In this document: positions 11,912 to 23,147 of the stretch, in pieces
Layout of the letters: each line of letters begins with the position of its first letter
How positions within the stretch are numbered: the first letter of the stretch is position 1
Assembly: GCA_035473575.1 (NCBI GenBank)
Contig: DATIOA010000046.1
Span: 1 to 59,468 of the forward strand
Direction of reading: 5' to 3'
DNA: 59,468 nt
DNA from: Rudaea sp.
GTDB taxonomy: Bacteria > Pseudomonadota > Gammaproteobacteria > Xanthomonadales > Rhodanobacteraceae
Made by a program: the position numbers and the translations under genes
The notes under the pieces: generated by a model
What the model was told of the DNA's origin: nothing
Databases searched by the model: none
What the model saw: only the letters and a program-made list of their open reading frames with translations

Positions 11912-14491
11912 TTATACCGTCGGCTGCGGCGCCTCGTCCGTTGCCACTTCGCCTTCGTCGTCGCCGTTGAGCGCTTCCACGCGCACGACGCCGACGAGCG
12001 CTTCTTCCTGCGGCAGGCGGATCAGGGTGACGCCCTGCGTGTTGCGGCCCACGCGCGCAACTTCGGCGGCGCGCGTACGCACCAGCGTTCCTTGGTTGGA
12101 AATCAGCATGAGTTCGTGCGCGTCGTCGAGCTGCACGGCGCCGACCAGCGCGCCATTGCGATCCGAACACTGGATCGCAATCACGCCCTGCGTGCCGCGG
12201 CCCTTGCGCGGATACTCGGTCAGTTCGGTGCGCTTGCCGTAGCCGCGCGCGGTCGCCGTCAAGATATCGCCTTCGCCTTCGGCGACGATCATCGACACGA
12301 CTTGCGCGTCGTCGGTCAGGCGGATGCCGCGCACGCCGTGTGCCGTGCGGCCCATCGGCCGCACCTCGTCCTCGGCGAAGCGCACCGCCTTGCCGTTGCT
12401 CGCGAACAGGAAGATGTCGCGCGCGCCGTCGGTAATGGACACGTCGACGAGGCCATCACCGTCTCCGATGTCGATCGCGCGGATGCCGGTCGAACGCGGT
12501 CGCGAGTAATCCGACAGCGGCGTTTTCTTGACCGTGCCCTTGCGCGTGGCGAAGAACACATAACGATTATCAGGGAACTCCCGCACCGGCAGGATCGCCT
12601 GCACGGCCTCGCCTTCTTCCAGCGGCAGCAGATTGACGATGGGCTTGCCGCGCGCGCCGGGTTTGGCATCCGGAATCTGGTAGACCTTCAGCCACAGCAC
12701 GCGACCGGCGCTGGTGAACGCAAGCAAAGTGTCGTGCGTGTTGGCGATCCACAGGCGCTCGACGAAATCCTCTTCCTTCATGTTCGTCGCCGAGCGGCCC
12801 TTGCCGCCGCGGCGCTGCGCACGGTAGATCGTCACCGGCTGGCGCTTGGCGTAGCCGGCGTGCGACAGCGTCACGACCACATCTTCGGCCGCGATCAAAT
12901 CCAGCACGTCGAGGTCTTCCTGGCTGGCCTGGATCACGGTGCGGCGCGCGTCGCCGTATTGTGCCTTGATCTGCGCGAGTTCATCGCGGATAACGGCGAG
13001 CAGCTTGTCGGCGTCCATCAGGATCGCGAGCAGGCCCTGGATCGTGCCGAGGAGTTCCTTGTACTCGTCGGTGAGCTTTTCCTGCTCCAGGCCCGTGAGC
13101 TTGGCCAGGCGCATGTCGAGAATCTGCTGCGCCTGGATTTCGGAAAGCTGGTAACCGGCAGCGGAAAGCCCAACGCCGGCAGGCAAGTCCTCGGGTTTGG
13201 ACGCATCTGCGCCGGCCGCGGCGAGCAGTGTGCGCACGAGGCCCGCATCCCATTTTTTCGCCAGCATGCGCTCCTTCGCCACGTCACCGGATGCGGACGT
13301 CTTGATCAGCTCGATCATCTCGTCGATGTTGGCCAGCGCAACGGTAAGGCCTTCCAGCACGTGCGCGCGCTTGCGCGCCTCGCGCAATTCGAACAGCGTG
13401 CGCCGCGTCACCACCTCACGGCGATGGCGCACGAAGGCTTCCAGGATTTGCTTCAGCGTGAGCAACTGCGGCCGGCCGTCGACCAGCGCGACCATGTTGA
13501 TGCCGAACGTCACCTGCATCTGCGTCTGCTGGTACAGGTTGTTCAGCAGCACGTCGGCCATCGTGTCCTTGCGCACCTCGAAGACGATGCGCAGGCCGTC
13601 CTTGTCGGATTCGTCGCGCAGCTCGGAAATGCCTTCGATCTTCTTTTCCTTGTGCAGCTCGGCGATCGCCTCGATCAGGCGCTTCTTGTTCACCTGGTAC
13701 GGCAACTCCGAGACGATGATCGTCTCGCGGCCGTTGTCGTCGGTCTCGATGTCGGCCTTGGCGCGCACGTAGATGCGGCCGCGGCCGGTCTTGTAAGCCT
13801 CGACGATGCCTGCTGCGCCATTGATGATTCCGTGGGTCGGGAAATCCGGTCCCGGCACGAGGCGCAGCAATTCCTCGAAGGAAATTTCCGGATTGTCGAT
13901 CACCGCGATCGTCGCATCGACGATTTCGCCCAAGTTATGCGGCGGCACGTTCGTCGCCATGCCGACGGCGATGCCGGCCGAACCGTTGATGAGCAGATTC
14001 GGCACACGCGTGGGCAGTACGCTCGGCTCAAGTTCCTTCTCGTCGTAGTTCGGCTGGAAGTCGACGGTTTCCTTGTCGATGTCGGCGAGCAGGTCGGAGG
14101 CCAGGCGCTCGAGCCGGCACTCGGTGTAGCGCATCGCCGCCGCGTTGTCGCCGTCGACCGAACCGAAGTTGCCCTGACCGTCGACCAGCGGATAGCGTAG
14201 CGAGAAATCCTGGGCCATGCGCACCAGCGCGTCATAGATCGAGCTGTCGCCGTGCGGATGGAATTTGCCCATCACCTCGCCGACGATGCGCGCGCATTTC
14301 ACATAGGCGCGGTTCCAGACATTGTTCGCCTCATACATGCCGAACAGCACGCGGCGGTGCACCGGCTTGAGGCCATCGCGGACGTCCGGCAGGGCGCGGC
14401 CGACGATCACGCTCATCGCGTAATCGAGGTAACTTTTCCGCATTTCGTCTTCGATGTTGACGCGAATGACTTCTTTGGCCAGCTCCGCCAT
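11912..14491 (-). CDS. gyrA: DNA gyrase subunit A
   Basis: [18 protein letters not shown], GyrA box QRRGGKG. Confidence 0.99.
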   Translation of the reverse strand: MAELAKEVIRVNIEDEMRKSYLDYAMSVIVGRALPDVRDGLKPVHRRVLFGMYEANNVWNRAYVKCARIVGEVMGKFHPHGDSSIYDALVRMAQDFSLRYPLVDGQGNFGSVDGDNAAAMRYTECRLERLASDLLADIDKETVDFQPNYDEKELEPSVLPTRVPNLLINGSAGIAVGMATNVPPHNLGEIVDATIAVIDNPEISFEELLRLVPGPDFPTHGIINGAAGIVEAYKTGRGRIYVRAKADIETDDNGRETIIVSELPYQVNKKRLIEAIAELHKEKKIEGISELRDESDKDGLRIVFEVRKDTMADVLLNNLYQQTQMQVTFGINMVALVDGRPQLLTLKQILEAFVRHRREVVTRRTLFELREARKRAHVLEGLTVALANIDEMIELIKTSASGDVAKERMLAKKWDAGLVRTLLAAAGADASKPEDLPAGVGLSAAGYQLSEIQAQQILDMRLAKLTGLEQEKLTDEYKELLGTIQGLLAILMDADKLLAVIRDELAQIKAQYGDARRTVIQASQEDLDVLDLIAAEDVVVTLSHAGYAKRQPVTIYRAQRRGGKGRSATNMKEEDFVERLWIANTHDTLLAFTSAGRVLWLKVYQIPDAKPGARGKPIVNLLPLEEGEAVQAILPVREFPDNRYVFFATRKGTVKKTPLSDYSRPRSTGIRAIDIGDGDGLVDVSITDGARDIFLFASNGKAVRFAEDEVRPMGRTAHGVRGIRLTDDAQVVSMIVAEGEGDILTATARGYGKRTELTEYPRKGRGTQGVIAIQCSDRNGALVGAVQLDDAHELMLISNQGTLVRTRAAEVARVGRNTQGVTLIRLPQEEALVGVVRVEALNGDDEGEVATDEAPQPTV

Positions 14492-14646
14492 TGAGGTTTT
14501 TTCCCTGGAATTTTGCGGGTTTCAAGGCCCGCTTTGCACGGACCCTGGAAGGGTGTTTTTCAACCCCGAAATTCTATCACAATCCGGCATCCGCCGATGC
14601 CTCGCAAAGCCTTGATTTTACTGCGAGGAACAGCAATTTCGTGCGG

Positions 14647-15084
14647 TCAATTTCCGGCACCGTCGCCGGTGCCGGGCGCGGGTCGCCGATGGTGCCGGTA
14701 AACCCAGTAATGCGAGGCGGTGTAATTGACTCCGAGACCGGCCACGGAACCGGCGGCGACGGCGAGGATCAGCCACTGCCGGTCGACATCGAAAAAGTAT
14801 ACGAGCGCCGAATACGCGGCGAAATTGCAGGCGAATCCGCCGCTCATGGCGAGGATGTAACGCGCCCATTCCACGCCGAGCGAATGCTTGCGCGGGCCGC
14901 GGAACGTGAAGCGTCGATTGAGCAGCCATGTCGCGGTGGCCGCGAACAGGAAGGAAATCAAACGTCCACTGTAGCGGTCCCACGCCAACCCAAGCACCAG
15001 CAACTGCAACACGCCGGCATCGACGATGAAGCCGACCACCCCGACGAGACAGAATATCCCCAGTCGGCGCAGGTGCGATTTCAT
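14647..15084 (-). CDS. GtrA-family membrane protein
   Basis: [19 protein letters not shown], four hydrophobic segments; ATGA overlap with mtnA stop. Confidence 0.85.
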   Translation of the reverse strand: MKSHLRRLGIFCLVGVVGFIVDAGVLQLLVLGLAWDRYSGRLISFLFAATATWLLNRRFTFRGPRKHSLGVEWARYILAMSGGFACNFAAYSALVYFFDVDRQWLILAVAAGSVAGLGVNYTASHYWVYRHHRRPAPGTGDGAGN

Positions 15085-16112
15085 GCGCCGAACACCGCGT
15101 GCAGGTGTTCGCGATCCGGGCGCTCGATCACGCCGCGTTCGGTGACGAGGGCGTCGATCAGTCCGTGCGGCGTCACGTCGAACACGGGATTCCAGGCCTG
15201 CGCGCCTTCGGCGACGATGCGCTGCCCGCCGACCGAGAACAGCTCGCCCGGGTCGCGCAGCTCGATCTCGATGGCGTCGCCTGTCGCGGTCTGCATATCG
15301 ACAGTCGACGACGGCGCCACGACCATGAACTTGACGCCATGATGGCGCGCGGCGATGGCAAGCTGGTAGGTGCCGATCTTGTTCGCCGTGTCGCCGTTCG
15401 CCGCGATGCGATCGGCGCCGACAATCACCCATTGCACGGCGCCCGATTTCATCAGGTGCGATGCCGCCGAATCGGCGATCAATTTCGCGGGAATGCCGTC
15501 GCGCAGCAGTTCCCAGATGGTCAGCCGCGCACCCTGCAGCCAGGGCCGCGTTTCGCCGGCGTATACTTGTGCAATTTTCCCGTTCGTGAATCCGGCGCGG
15601 ATCACGCCCAGCGCGGTGCCGAAACCGGCGGTGGCCAGCGAGCCGGTATTGCAATGCGTGAGCACCCCGGAACCCGGCGCGATCAGCGCGGCGCCGAGTT
15701 CGCCCATGCGCCGGTTCGCGGCCAGGTCCTCATCCTGAATCGCCTGCGCCTCGCGCTCCAGCGTGTCGCTCTCCAGTGAATCGGCATCGGCGTCCGCCGC
15801 GATGCGCGCACGCATGCGATCCAGCGCCCACATCAGGTTAACCGCCGTCGGCCGCGCCGCGCGCAGCGTCGCGATCGCGGCATCGAGCCGGGCCTTCTGT
15901 CGAGCGGCTAAAACGACGCCCCAGGCCGCGGCGATGCCGATAGCCGGCGCCCCGCGCACGACCAGATCGCGAATTGCACCGGCGACATCATCCGCGTCGC
16001 GGCAATCCAGCCAGGTTTCGACGAAAGGAAGACGGCGTTGGTCGAGCAGGCGCAGCACGCCATCGTTCCAGACGACGGCGCGGATCGTGTCGTGATGTTC
16101 GAGCAACGGCAT
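15081..16112 (-). CDS. mtnA: Methylthioribose-1-phosphate isomerase
   Basis: [56 protein letters not shown]. Confidence 0.96.
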   Translation of the reverse strand: MPLLEHHDTIRAVVWNDGVLRLLDQRRLPFVETWLDCRDADDVAGAIRDLVVRGAPAIGIAAAWGVVLAARQKARLDAAIATLRAARPTAVNLMWALDRMRARIAADADADSLESDTLEREAQAIQDEDLAANRRMGELGAALIAPGSGVLTHCNTGSLATAGFGTALGVIRAGFTNGKIAQVYAGETRPWLQGARLTIWELLRDGIPAKLIADSAASHLMKSGAVQWVIVGADRIAANGDTANKIGTYQLAIAARHHGVKFMVVAPSSTVDMQTATGDAIEIELRDPGELFSVGGQRIVAEGAQAWNPVFDVTPHGLIDALVTERGVIERPDREHLHAVFGA

Positions 16113-16172
16113 GGGCGCTTCCAAAGGCATGCAGGATAACCGATGCGCATTCAAGCTGTTAGCATGCGGCGC

Positions 16173-16847
16173 ATGAAATCCCTGGTCATCCGCAGCCGAA
16201 AGATCGTGGCGATTCGTCGACCGGCACGCGCCGCGGACCCGCATGCGGCCGCCTTTCTGGCATTGTTGCGTCGCAAGTGCGTGCGCGCCGCCACGATCGG
16301 CGGGTGCACGGCGGCGGCCGAATCCCTGCCCGGACTCGGCAAGGCGCTCGGCGTGGTGTTCGGCGAGCTGATCGATGCGGAAATGCTGGCGGCGACACAG
16401 CGCGAGCTGGTCGAGGAAACCATCCACCTTTATGGGTTGAATCTGCCAGCTGCGTTGCAAAATACACTTGTACACAATGTGCAATTGTTCGGGACCGGCG
16501 CGAGCGTGGCCGGCGATGCGCTCGGCCGCGGCGTGTTGCACAGCCTGCTGCGCCGCGCCGGCGGGCTGGTGGCGCGGCGCGCGGTGCCGGTGGCGGCCAT
16601 CGTTTCGTCGGCGCTGGCGAACGCGTCCGTGACCTACGTCATCGGCAAGCGCGCGCAGGCGGCGGCGCGCCTGCCGCAGGCGTCCATCGCCGACATGCCC
16701 GATGCGTTGCGTGCGTTCACCGGCGTCGACGAACGCCGCATCGCGGCGTGGTCGCTGGGCGCAGTCAAAAGCGCGATCGCCGGAATCGGCAAGGCGGCCA
16801 AACGCGCCGCCTCGACGGTACGACCGGCGAAATCGCGGCGCGCTTAA
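16173..16847 (+). CDS. Hypothetical Ala-rich protein (EcsC/DUF697-like architecture, tentative)
   Basis: Fills the gap between mtnA and the caspase gene; A..GG..AA..LPG and RAVPVA motifs; extended -10 TGtTAGCAT 7 nt before the ATG. Confidence 0.6.
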   Translation: MKSLVIRSRKIVAIRRPARAADPHAAAFLALLRRKCVRAATIGGCTAAAESLPGLGKALGVVFGELIDAEMLAATQRELVEETIHLYGLNLPAALQNTLVHNVQLFGTGASVAGDALGRGVLHSLLRRAGGLVARRAVPVAAIVSSALANASVTYVIGKRAQAAARLPQASIADMPDALRAFTGVDERRIAAWSLGAVKSAIAGIGKAAKRAASTVRPAKSRRA

Positions 16848-19306
16848 ACGCCGTCGCCGCTCGGCTTGGCCAGCGCGGCGGTCTTGCGTCCGGCGTTTTC
16901 CGGCATCAGGAAAAATTCACCCGCTTCGTGTCCTGCGAACTGGATCGGCGCGTATTCCGGGGCCTGCTGCAGGCCGGCGTTCGCACTGCGCAACGCCATG
17001 CCGCCAGCGATTTCGCGGAACAGTTCCTGTCCGGTGAGCAATTTGTTGTTGTCGCGCAGCACGGTCAGCAGAGCCGTGGCGAACACGGAGTGGCCGCCCT
17101 TGCTCGCCGCGTCCGCGACCGGCTGTACGCCGCCCGAGGTCAGTGCCGTGCGCGAACGACCAGCCGTCATCGTCTTGACCCAATCGCCCCAGACATTGTC
17201 GGTCATGCCTCCGCCGAACGTGGCGAGGGCCGAGCGCGTCATCGTGCCCGAATAGCACGAGTCGGCGATCACCAGCACATGCCGGGCCTGCATGGTCGTG
17301 AGGATGTCGCTGATCGCGCGATTGGATATCCAGCTGTTGGGCTGGTTGAGCTGCGCATCCACCGGCAGCCAGTAGCCTTGCCGCGAGGCATCGATTTCGC
17401 CGTGGCCGGCGTAGTACACGAGCAGGTTGTCCTTGTCGGTCAACGCTTCGCGCATGTCGTTGAGCGCGGACAGGATCTCGAACCGGTTCGCGTTCGCGAG
17501 CAACTTGACGTCGTAGCCGTAGCGCGATTGCAGCACGCCCGCCACCGCCTTGGCATCTTCAGCGGCGCTGCCAAGCGCCGGGAATGCGGCGTAACTGTCG
17601 TTGCCGATGATCAGCGCGTAATACTTGCCCAGGCGCACGCCGGATGGCAGTGATTGCCCGCTCGGCGCCGCTTCGCGCACGGCCTTGCCGCCCGGCCCCG
17701 GCAGGAGCATGAAGTCGAGCACCGCCTCGCCTCCGGTCTTGTCGGATGCGGCGACGCGCACCGCGGTGTCGTTGCCACCCGCCAATGCCACGTGGGTCTT
17801 GAACAGGCCGCCGGCACCGACCGCCACGGTCTGGCCATTCAGCGTGACCGAAGTCAGGCCCGCCGGTGCCTGCACGCGTCCGACCACGTCGATGCCGTTC
17901 TGCGCGGGCGGCACGGATGCCGCTGGCTTGTTCAAGCCACGCGTGACGGCAAGCGAGGGTTGCAGGATTTCCACGCGCAGGTCGCCGGTCAGGCTGGCCG
18001 TGGCGAATCCCGGCGGCAGCGACGCGTACTTGGCGCCGTCGATCTGGCTTTGCAGGCTCGCCATCTGGGTACGTTGGCTGGCAAGTTCCTGGCGCTTTTC
18101 GGACAACTGCGCTTCCATCAGCTTGAGCAATTGCTTCGAACTCTCGTTCTGCGCATGCTCGAGCGCGAGTTGCGCGCGCGCCTGGTCGAACTTCGCCTGC
18201 GCTTCCTGGCGCTGCTGGTCGTTCTGCGCCATCTGCTTTTGCACGAGTTGCATGCGTCCGCGGCTTTCGCGCAACGCCGTATCCATCTGCGACGCCGACG
18301 CACGCAGCGCGCCGAGGGCCTGATCGTTGTCGGGCGAGGACTGCCGCGCCTGCAATTCCTGCTCGCGCGCCTTGAGCTTGGCAATCTGGTCTTCGGCGTC
18401 GGCGAGCTGCTTGGCGCTGGAATCCTGTTGCGCTTTCAGCGCGTCGCGTTGCGCGGCCAGGTCCTTCTCGCGTACCTGCGTGTCGTTTTGCAGCTTGACG
18501 AAATCCGGATTCTTGTCGATGCCCGCACGCGCCTGTTCCGCGTCGAGTTTTTTCCGCACGCTGTCGAGCTCGCCCTGCGACTTCTGGTAGTTCTGCTGCT
18601 TTTGTTGCAACTCGGATTGCAGCTTGCCGACTTGCGCACGCAACTGCGCGGACTTCTGCTGTTCAGCGCTCAGCTGTTCGCGCAGCGCCACGGATTCGTT
18701 CTTCGCTGCCTGTACCTGCGCGGTGACGGTCGACGCGAACACCAGCTTGTCGTTGTCGACACCGGAGGCCTCGCCGTACAGGTTCAACGCCTTGGCGATG
18801 TCCTTGGGCACGCCCAGGCCCTGCTCGTAGAGGTAACCCAGGTTGATGCGCGCGCGCTTGTCGCCCTGCGCGGAGGCTTTCTCGAACCATTCGCGCGCCT
18901 TGGCGTAGTCGGGCTCGGTCCCCAGACCCTTCAGATAAATCTCGCCGACGTAATTCTGCGCTTCGGCATCGCCGGCCTCGGCCTGCCCCATCCAGACCTT
19001 GAGCGCGGTCTGGTAGTTGGCGCGGTCGTAGGAGACATATTCGCCGCCGCGGATTTCGCAATCGGCCTGCGTGGTGCGGATCGGCCGGCGCGCACTCATG
19101 TAGGTGGCCGCGCGGCCAAGCTTGCGCACCTGGCCCGGCAGCAGGCAGTCGACGATGAGGAGATCTTCGGGATTGCGGGTGGTGACCGTGGCTACCGCCG
19201 GGGTGCAGGGAGCGAACGTGCCGGCAAGGGCGACCAGCAACATTGCGGCACAAGCCGGCAGCGTGCGGACAGCCAGCGAAGCCGTGTTTCGATTCTTGAT
19301 CGTCAT
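16844..19306 (-). CDS. Exported caspase-like peptidase (C14) with Sel1 repeats and long coiled coil
   Basis: Signal peptide; [19 protein letters not shown] and [19 protein letters not shown] Sel1 repeats; Q/E/K/L-rich heptads; YALIIGN, YYAGHG, ADSCYSG catalytic dyad. Confidence 0.88.
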   Translation of the reverse strand: MTIKNRNTASLAVRTLPACAAMLLVALAGTFAPCTPAVATVTTRNPEDLLIVDCLLPGQVRKLGRAATYMSARRPIRTTQADCEIRGGEYVSYDRANYQTALKVWMGQAEAGDAEAQNYVGEIYLKGLGTEPDYAKAREWFEKASAQGDKRARINLGYLYEQGLGVPKDIAKALNLYGEASGVDNDKLVFASTVTAQVQAAKNESVALREQLSAEQQKSAQLRAQVGKLQSELQQKQQNYQKSQGELDSVRKKLDAEQARAGIDKNPDFVKLQNDTQVREKDLAAQRDALKAQQDSSAKQLADAEDQIAKLKAREQELQARQSSPDNDQALGALRASASQMDTALRESRGRMQLVQKQMAQNDQQRQEAQAKFDQARAQLALEHAQNESSKQLLKLMEAQLSEKRQELASQRTQMASLQSQIDGAKYASLPPGFATASLTGDLRVEILQPSLAVTRGLNKPAASVPPAQNGIDVVGRVQAPAGLTSVTLNGQTVAVGAGGLFKTHVALAGGNDTAVRVAASDKTGGEAVLDFMLLPGPGGKAVREAAPSGQSLPSGVRLGKYYALIIGNDSYAAFPALGSAAEDAKAVAGVLQSRYGYDVKLLANANRFEILSALNDMREALTDKDNLLVYYAGHGEIDASRQGYWLPVDAQLNQPNSWISNRAISDILTTMQARHVLVIADSCYSGTMTRSALATFGGGMTDNVWGDWVKTMTAGRSRTALTSGGVQPVADAASKGGHSVFATALLTVLRDNNKLLTGQELFREIAGGMALRSANAGLQQAPEYAPIQFAGHEAGEFFLMPENAGRKTAALAKPSGDGV

Positions 19307-19352
19307 GTCGATTTCCTCGTCCCACAGCGAGCCGGTTGCTCGTTTTTGCGTT

Positions 19353-19366
19353 TATACTCGAGTATA
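19353..19366. promoter_or_regulatory. Palindromic bidirectional -10 element or operator
   Basis: Perfect palindrome TATACTCGAGTATA with TATACT on both strands, between divergent genes. Confidence 0.6.
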
Positions 19367-19388
19367 GGACTGTTTCGGGGAGGCGGGT

Positions 19389-22319
19389 ATGAAAACGTCG
19401 ATGTCCGCATTGTGGGGCAAACTTTGTGGTGGATTGGTGAAGGCCGCGTTGGCGGTAACGGCGATCTGCGCCGTGCCCGGCTGGGCGCTCGCACAAACGA
19501 CCATGCACATTGCCGGTGGCGACGGACAAGTCGGCTACGCGAACTATGGCTTCAGCAGTGCATTGTCGGTGAATTTTTCGGGCTCCTCGTATGTGACCAG
19601 CCTTGAATGGAAGGTCCTCAAGGGCGATGTCACCTTCAGTTCGGGTGCCACCGACGAATTCGACTTCGGAGTCATCACGAGCCAGACCTACAGCCGTTCC
19701 CTCACCGTGGGCTCGACAGCGGGGTCAGTCGTGGTGCAGGTCATCTGCACTGGCTGCGGCAGCGGCACGCAATCGCTGACATTCAACGAAACATTGAAGC
19801 CGCCTCCGCCGTATCTGCAAATGTCCATGGTCGGCGGAGACGGTCAAAGCGGGCCGCCCAATTCCACGCTGCCGGTCCCATTGACGGTTGAGACGGTCCC
19901 CACCCCGCTGGGTTTCGACGGACCGTTCACGTATCCGCTGGATTGGAAAATCGAAAGCGGAACGGCGACGTTCAGCGCGAATCACGCAACCACGTACTCG
20001 CAGACGACGACGGCCGGGCAGACCTCTTCGGTATCGATCGATCTCGGCGCCACCCCGGGGCCGGTCGTGGTGACCGCGTATTGCCAGAACTGCACGAATG
20101 GGAGGATCCAACGCTTCCACCTGACCATTACGCCAACTTCCAGCAGCTTGCAGAAGATATCCGGCGACAACCAGACCGGCGTGGTCGGCACGGCTGCAGC
20201 CGCACCGCTCGTGGTGCAGGCCGGCACTGCCGCCGGGCAAACCGTCAACTGGAAGATCGCGAGCGGCCAGGCCTCGTTGAGCGCCGCGTCCTCGCAAACC
20301 GATGCCAACGGACAGGCGACAATCAATTTTGTTTACGGCAGCACGCCCGGGCCGGTAACGGTCGAAGCCAGCATCGGCACCGTTACCGTCGACTTCACCG
20401 CCACGGCGATTGCGTCCAACACGAGCACCTCTGCCGCCAGCGGCAACAATCAGTCCGGCTCCGTCGGCACTGCCCTGCAGCCATTCGTGGTGCAGGTCAG
20501 CGGCGTCAATGGCGGGCCAGCACCGGCCAACATTCCCGTGAATTGGAGTGTGGTGCAAGGCGGCGGCACGCTCGCCAGCACGCAGACGCTGACCGACGCG
20601 ACCGGCAAGACCAGCAATACCCTGACACTCGGTGCAAATCCCGGCACGAACATCGTGCAAGCCAGCATCGCCGGGGCCGGCAGCGTGACTTTCACCGCGG
20701 TCGCGACACCCGCGATCACCGCCGGCAGCACGACGTTCGCGATCGTCTCCGGCAACAACCAGGATCTCGTTCCGAACCAGCCTTCGCAACCACTGGTAGT
20801 CAAACTCGCCTCATCGGCCGGTGCGCCGATTCCGGGCGCAACGATCCAGTGGGCTGTCACCGGCGCGACCGGCAAGCTGGCGAATCCGACGACCGCGACG
20901 GGCAGCGACGGCACGGCGCAGAATACGCTCACCGTCGTGCTGCCCGGCACGTACACTGTTTCCGCGCAAGTCAACGGCATCCCCAACATTCCGGCGCTGA
21001 CATTCAATTTCAACAACGGTGTCGCCAACCTGCCCGGTTTGTCGCCGACGCAGATCGGTGTCGCCACGGCGATCGACAGGGCCTGTCCGGCGCTCGCCAC
21101 ATCGACGGCGCCGCTGACGCCGCAGCAGCAGGATTTCCTGCAGCGCTGCTCCGAAGTAGTCGTCGGCGCGAACGGCGATCCACAGCAGGTGTCCGGCGCG
21201 CTCAGTGCCATGCTCAACAACAAGGCGCTGCCGCAGCGCAGCCTGGCCCAGGGCGTGCAATCGGGCCAGATCGGCAACCTCAATACGCGCTTTGCCGAAC
21301 TGCGCCAGGGCGCCACCGGTTTCAGTGCCGGCGGGCTCACCCTGAATCAGGACGGCCGCGGCTTGCCGCTGGCCATGCTGGGCGATCTGTTCCGCAAGGA
21401 TCCGGCAAACAGCGATGAAGTCGGCAAGGACTTCTCGCGCTGGGGTTTCTTCGCCACCGGCATGATCGCGCGTGGCGGATTCGATGCCACGGCCGTGCGT
21501 CCGGGTTTCGATTTCCGCAGCGCCTCGCTCACCGCGGGCGTGGACTATCGTTTCAACGATTCCTTCGTGGCCGGCGCCGCGCTCGGCTACAACCAGAACA
21601 ATTCGAACTTCGATGCGAATGTCGGCAAGGCCGACGTGGACGGCTACAACCTCACCGGTTACTTCAGCTGGTATCGCGGCGACTGGTACGTCGAAGGCTC
21701 GCTGATCCTCGACAAGCTCGATTACAACCTGAGCCGCAATATCGCCTATCAGATCGCCAGCCTGTCCGGCGGAACGACAACAGTCACGGAGACGGCGATG
21801 GCCTCGCCGAGCGGGGACCAGAATTCGTTCTCGCTGTCGGCGGGCCGGGACTTCAACCGCAAGGCCTGGACCATCAGCCCCTACCTGCGCGGCGTGTACT
21901 CGCACTTGAGCCTGGACGGCTTCAACGAGACGATGGCCAATCCGAACGCAGCCGGCGCAGGCCTTGGCACGTCGGTAGCGAGCCGTTCGTTGAATTCGCT
22001 GCTCGGCGTGGCGGGCGCGCGGGTGAGCTACACCATGAGCACCGACTGGGGCGTGCTGGTGCCGAACGCGGTGGTCGAATGGAACCACGAGTTCCGCAAC
22101 GATCCGCAGACCGTCGTCGTGCGCTTCCTCGCCGATCCGACGCAAACGCCGATCTCGTTGACCGACCAGGCGCCGGACTCGAACTATTTCAACCTCGGCC
22201 TCGGATTGAACGCGGTGTTCGCGCAAGGACGTTCGGCCTATGTGTACTACGAGCACATGGCCGGCTATTCGGGTGCGCATTCCAACCAGCTTTCCCTCGG
22301 CATCCGCATCGAGTTCTGA
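19389..22319 (+). CDS. Autotransporter adhesin with Big-1/Ig-like repeats
   Basis: Signal peptide (ALA-Q); five xG(D/N)(G/N)Q-initiated beta-rich repeats; ~300 aa amphipathic C-terminal barrel (GVDYRF, PYLRG) ending IRIEF. Confidence 0.88.
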   Translation: MKTSMSALWGKLCGGLVKAALAVTAICAVPGWALAQTTMHIAGGDGQVGYANYGFSSALSVNFSGSSYVTSLEWKVLKGDVTFSSGATDEFDFGVITSQTYSRSLTVGSTAGSVVVQVICTGCGSGTQSLTFNETLKPPPPYLQMSMVGGDGQSGPPNSTLPVPLTVETVPTPLGFDGPFTYPLDWKIESGTATFSANHATTYSQTTTAGQTSSVSIDLGATPGPVVVTAYCQNCTNGRIQRFHLTITPTSSSLQKISGDNQTGVVGTAAAAPLVVQAGTAAGQTVNWKIASGQASLSAASSQTDANGQATINFVYGSTPGPVTVEASIGTVTVDFTATAIASNTSTSAASGNNQSGSVGTALQPFVVQVSGVNGGPAPANIPVNWSVVQGGGTLASTQTLTDATGKTSNTLTLGANPGTNIVQASIAGAGSVTFTAVATPAITAGSTTFAIVSGNNQDLVPNQPSQPLVVKLASSAGAPIPGATIQWAVTGATGKLANPTTATGSDGTAQNTLTVVLPGTYTVSAQVNGIPNIPALTFNFNNGVANLPGLSPTQIGVATAIDRACPALATSTAPLTPQQQDFLQRCSEVVVGANGDPQQVSGALSAMLNNKALPQRSLAQGVQSGQIGNLNTRFAELRQGATGFSAGGLTLNQDGRGLPLAMLGDLFRKDPANSDEVGKDFSRWGFFATGMIARGGFDATAVRPGFDFRSASLTAGVDYRFNDSFVAGAALGYNQNNSNFDANVGKADVDGYNLTGYFSWYRGDWYVEGSLILDKLDYNLSRNIAYQIASLSGGTTTVTETAMASPSGDQNSFSLSAGRDFNRKAWTISPYLRGVYSHLSLDGFNETMANPNAAGAGLGTSVASRSLNSLLGVAGARVSYTMSTDWGVLVPNAVVEWNHEFRNDPQTVVVRFLADPTQTPISLTDQAPDSNYFNLGLGLNAVFAQGRSAYVYYEHMAGYSGAHSNQLSLGIRIEF

Positions 22320-22442
22320 GGGCATGCTGCGTCCACCCTGCGCCGGCCCTACTTGCGCATGCCGCCGCCGTCGCGGCATGCTATGGCCATCGCGCAGGTG
22401 GCCGTGCATATGCGGCCCGCGCATGGGGATGACATCGCCAGC

Positions 22443-23144
22443 ATGATCGAGTTCGGCCACAGCACCCATGTCGGCTTGCGTCGCGAGCATAACGAAGACA
22501 CGTACTACGCCGACGCCGAACTCGGCCTGTGGCTGGTCGCCGATGGCATGGGCGGCCACGAGCACGGCGAAGTCGCCAGCGCGATCGCGCGCGACGCGAT
22601 GGTGCGCGAGGTCACGGCCGGCGCGCCGCTGGCGCAGGCCGTGCAGCGCGCCGACGAGGAAATCATCCAGCATTCCAGCCGCAAGGCCGAAGCGTTGCCG
22701 ATGGGCACCACGATCGCTGCCATGCGCCTGCACGAGAACGAATACGAGATCTGCTGGGTCGGCGACAGCCGCGTGTATTTGTGGAACGGCGAACTCAAGC
22801 AGCTTTCGCGCGATCATTCCTACGTGCAGGAACTGATCCAGCAAGGCGCGATCACGCACGAACAGGCGCGCACGCACCCGCATCGCAATGTCGTCACCCA
22901 GGCGCTCGGCGTCACCGACCCGGAGAGCCTGCGCGTGGAAACCATCCGCGGCAGCCTGCAGCCCGGCATGCAGGTGCTGTTGTGTTCGGACGGATTGACC
23001 GAGGAAGTCGACGACAAGGACATCGGCGCCGTGCTCGCGCGCCAGGATCTTTCCGCGCAGGAATGCGTCGACCACCTGATCCTGGCCGCGCTCGAAGGCG
23101 GCGGGTCGGACAATGTAACGGTCATCCTGATCCGCGACCGCTGA
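22443..23144 (+). CDS. PP2C-family Ser/Thr phosphatase
   Basis: GLRREHNED, VADGMGG, GTT, VGDSRVY, DHS, LLCSDGL, GGSDNVT. Confidence 0.95.
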   Translation: MIEFGHSTHVGLRREHNEDTYYADAELGLWLVADGMGGHEHGEVASAIARDAMVREVTAGAPLAQAVQRADEEIIQHSSRKAEALPMGTTIAAMRLHENEYEICWVGDSRVYLWNGELKQLSRDHSYVQELIQQGAITHEQARTHPHRNVVTQALGVTDPESLRVETIRGSLQPGMQVLLCSDGLTEEVDDKDIGAVLARQDLSAQECVDHLILAALEGGGSDNVTVILIRDR

Positions 23145-23147
23145 GAC

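Noticed and set aside
14225-14265. gyrA quinolone-resistance substitutions
   Set aside because: HGDSSIYD retains Ser83 and Asp87 equivalents
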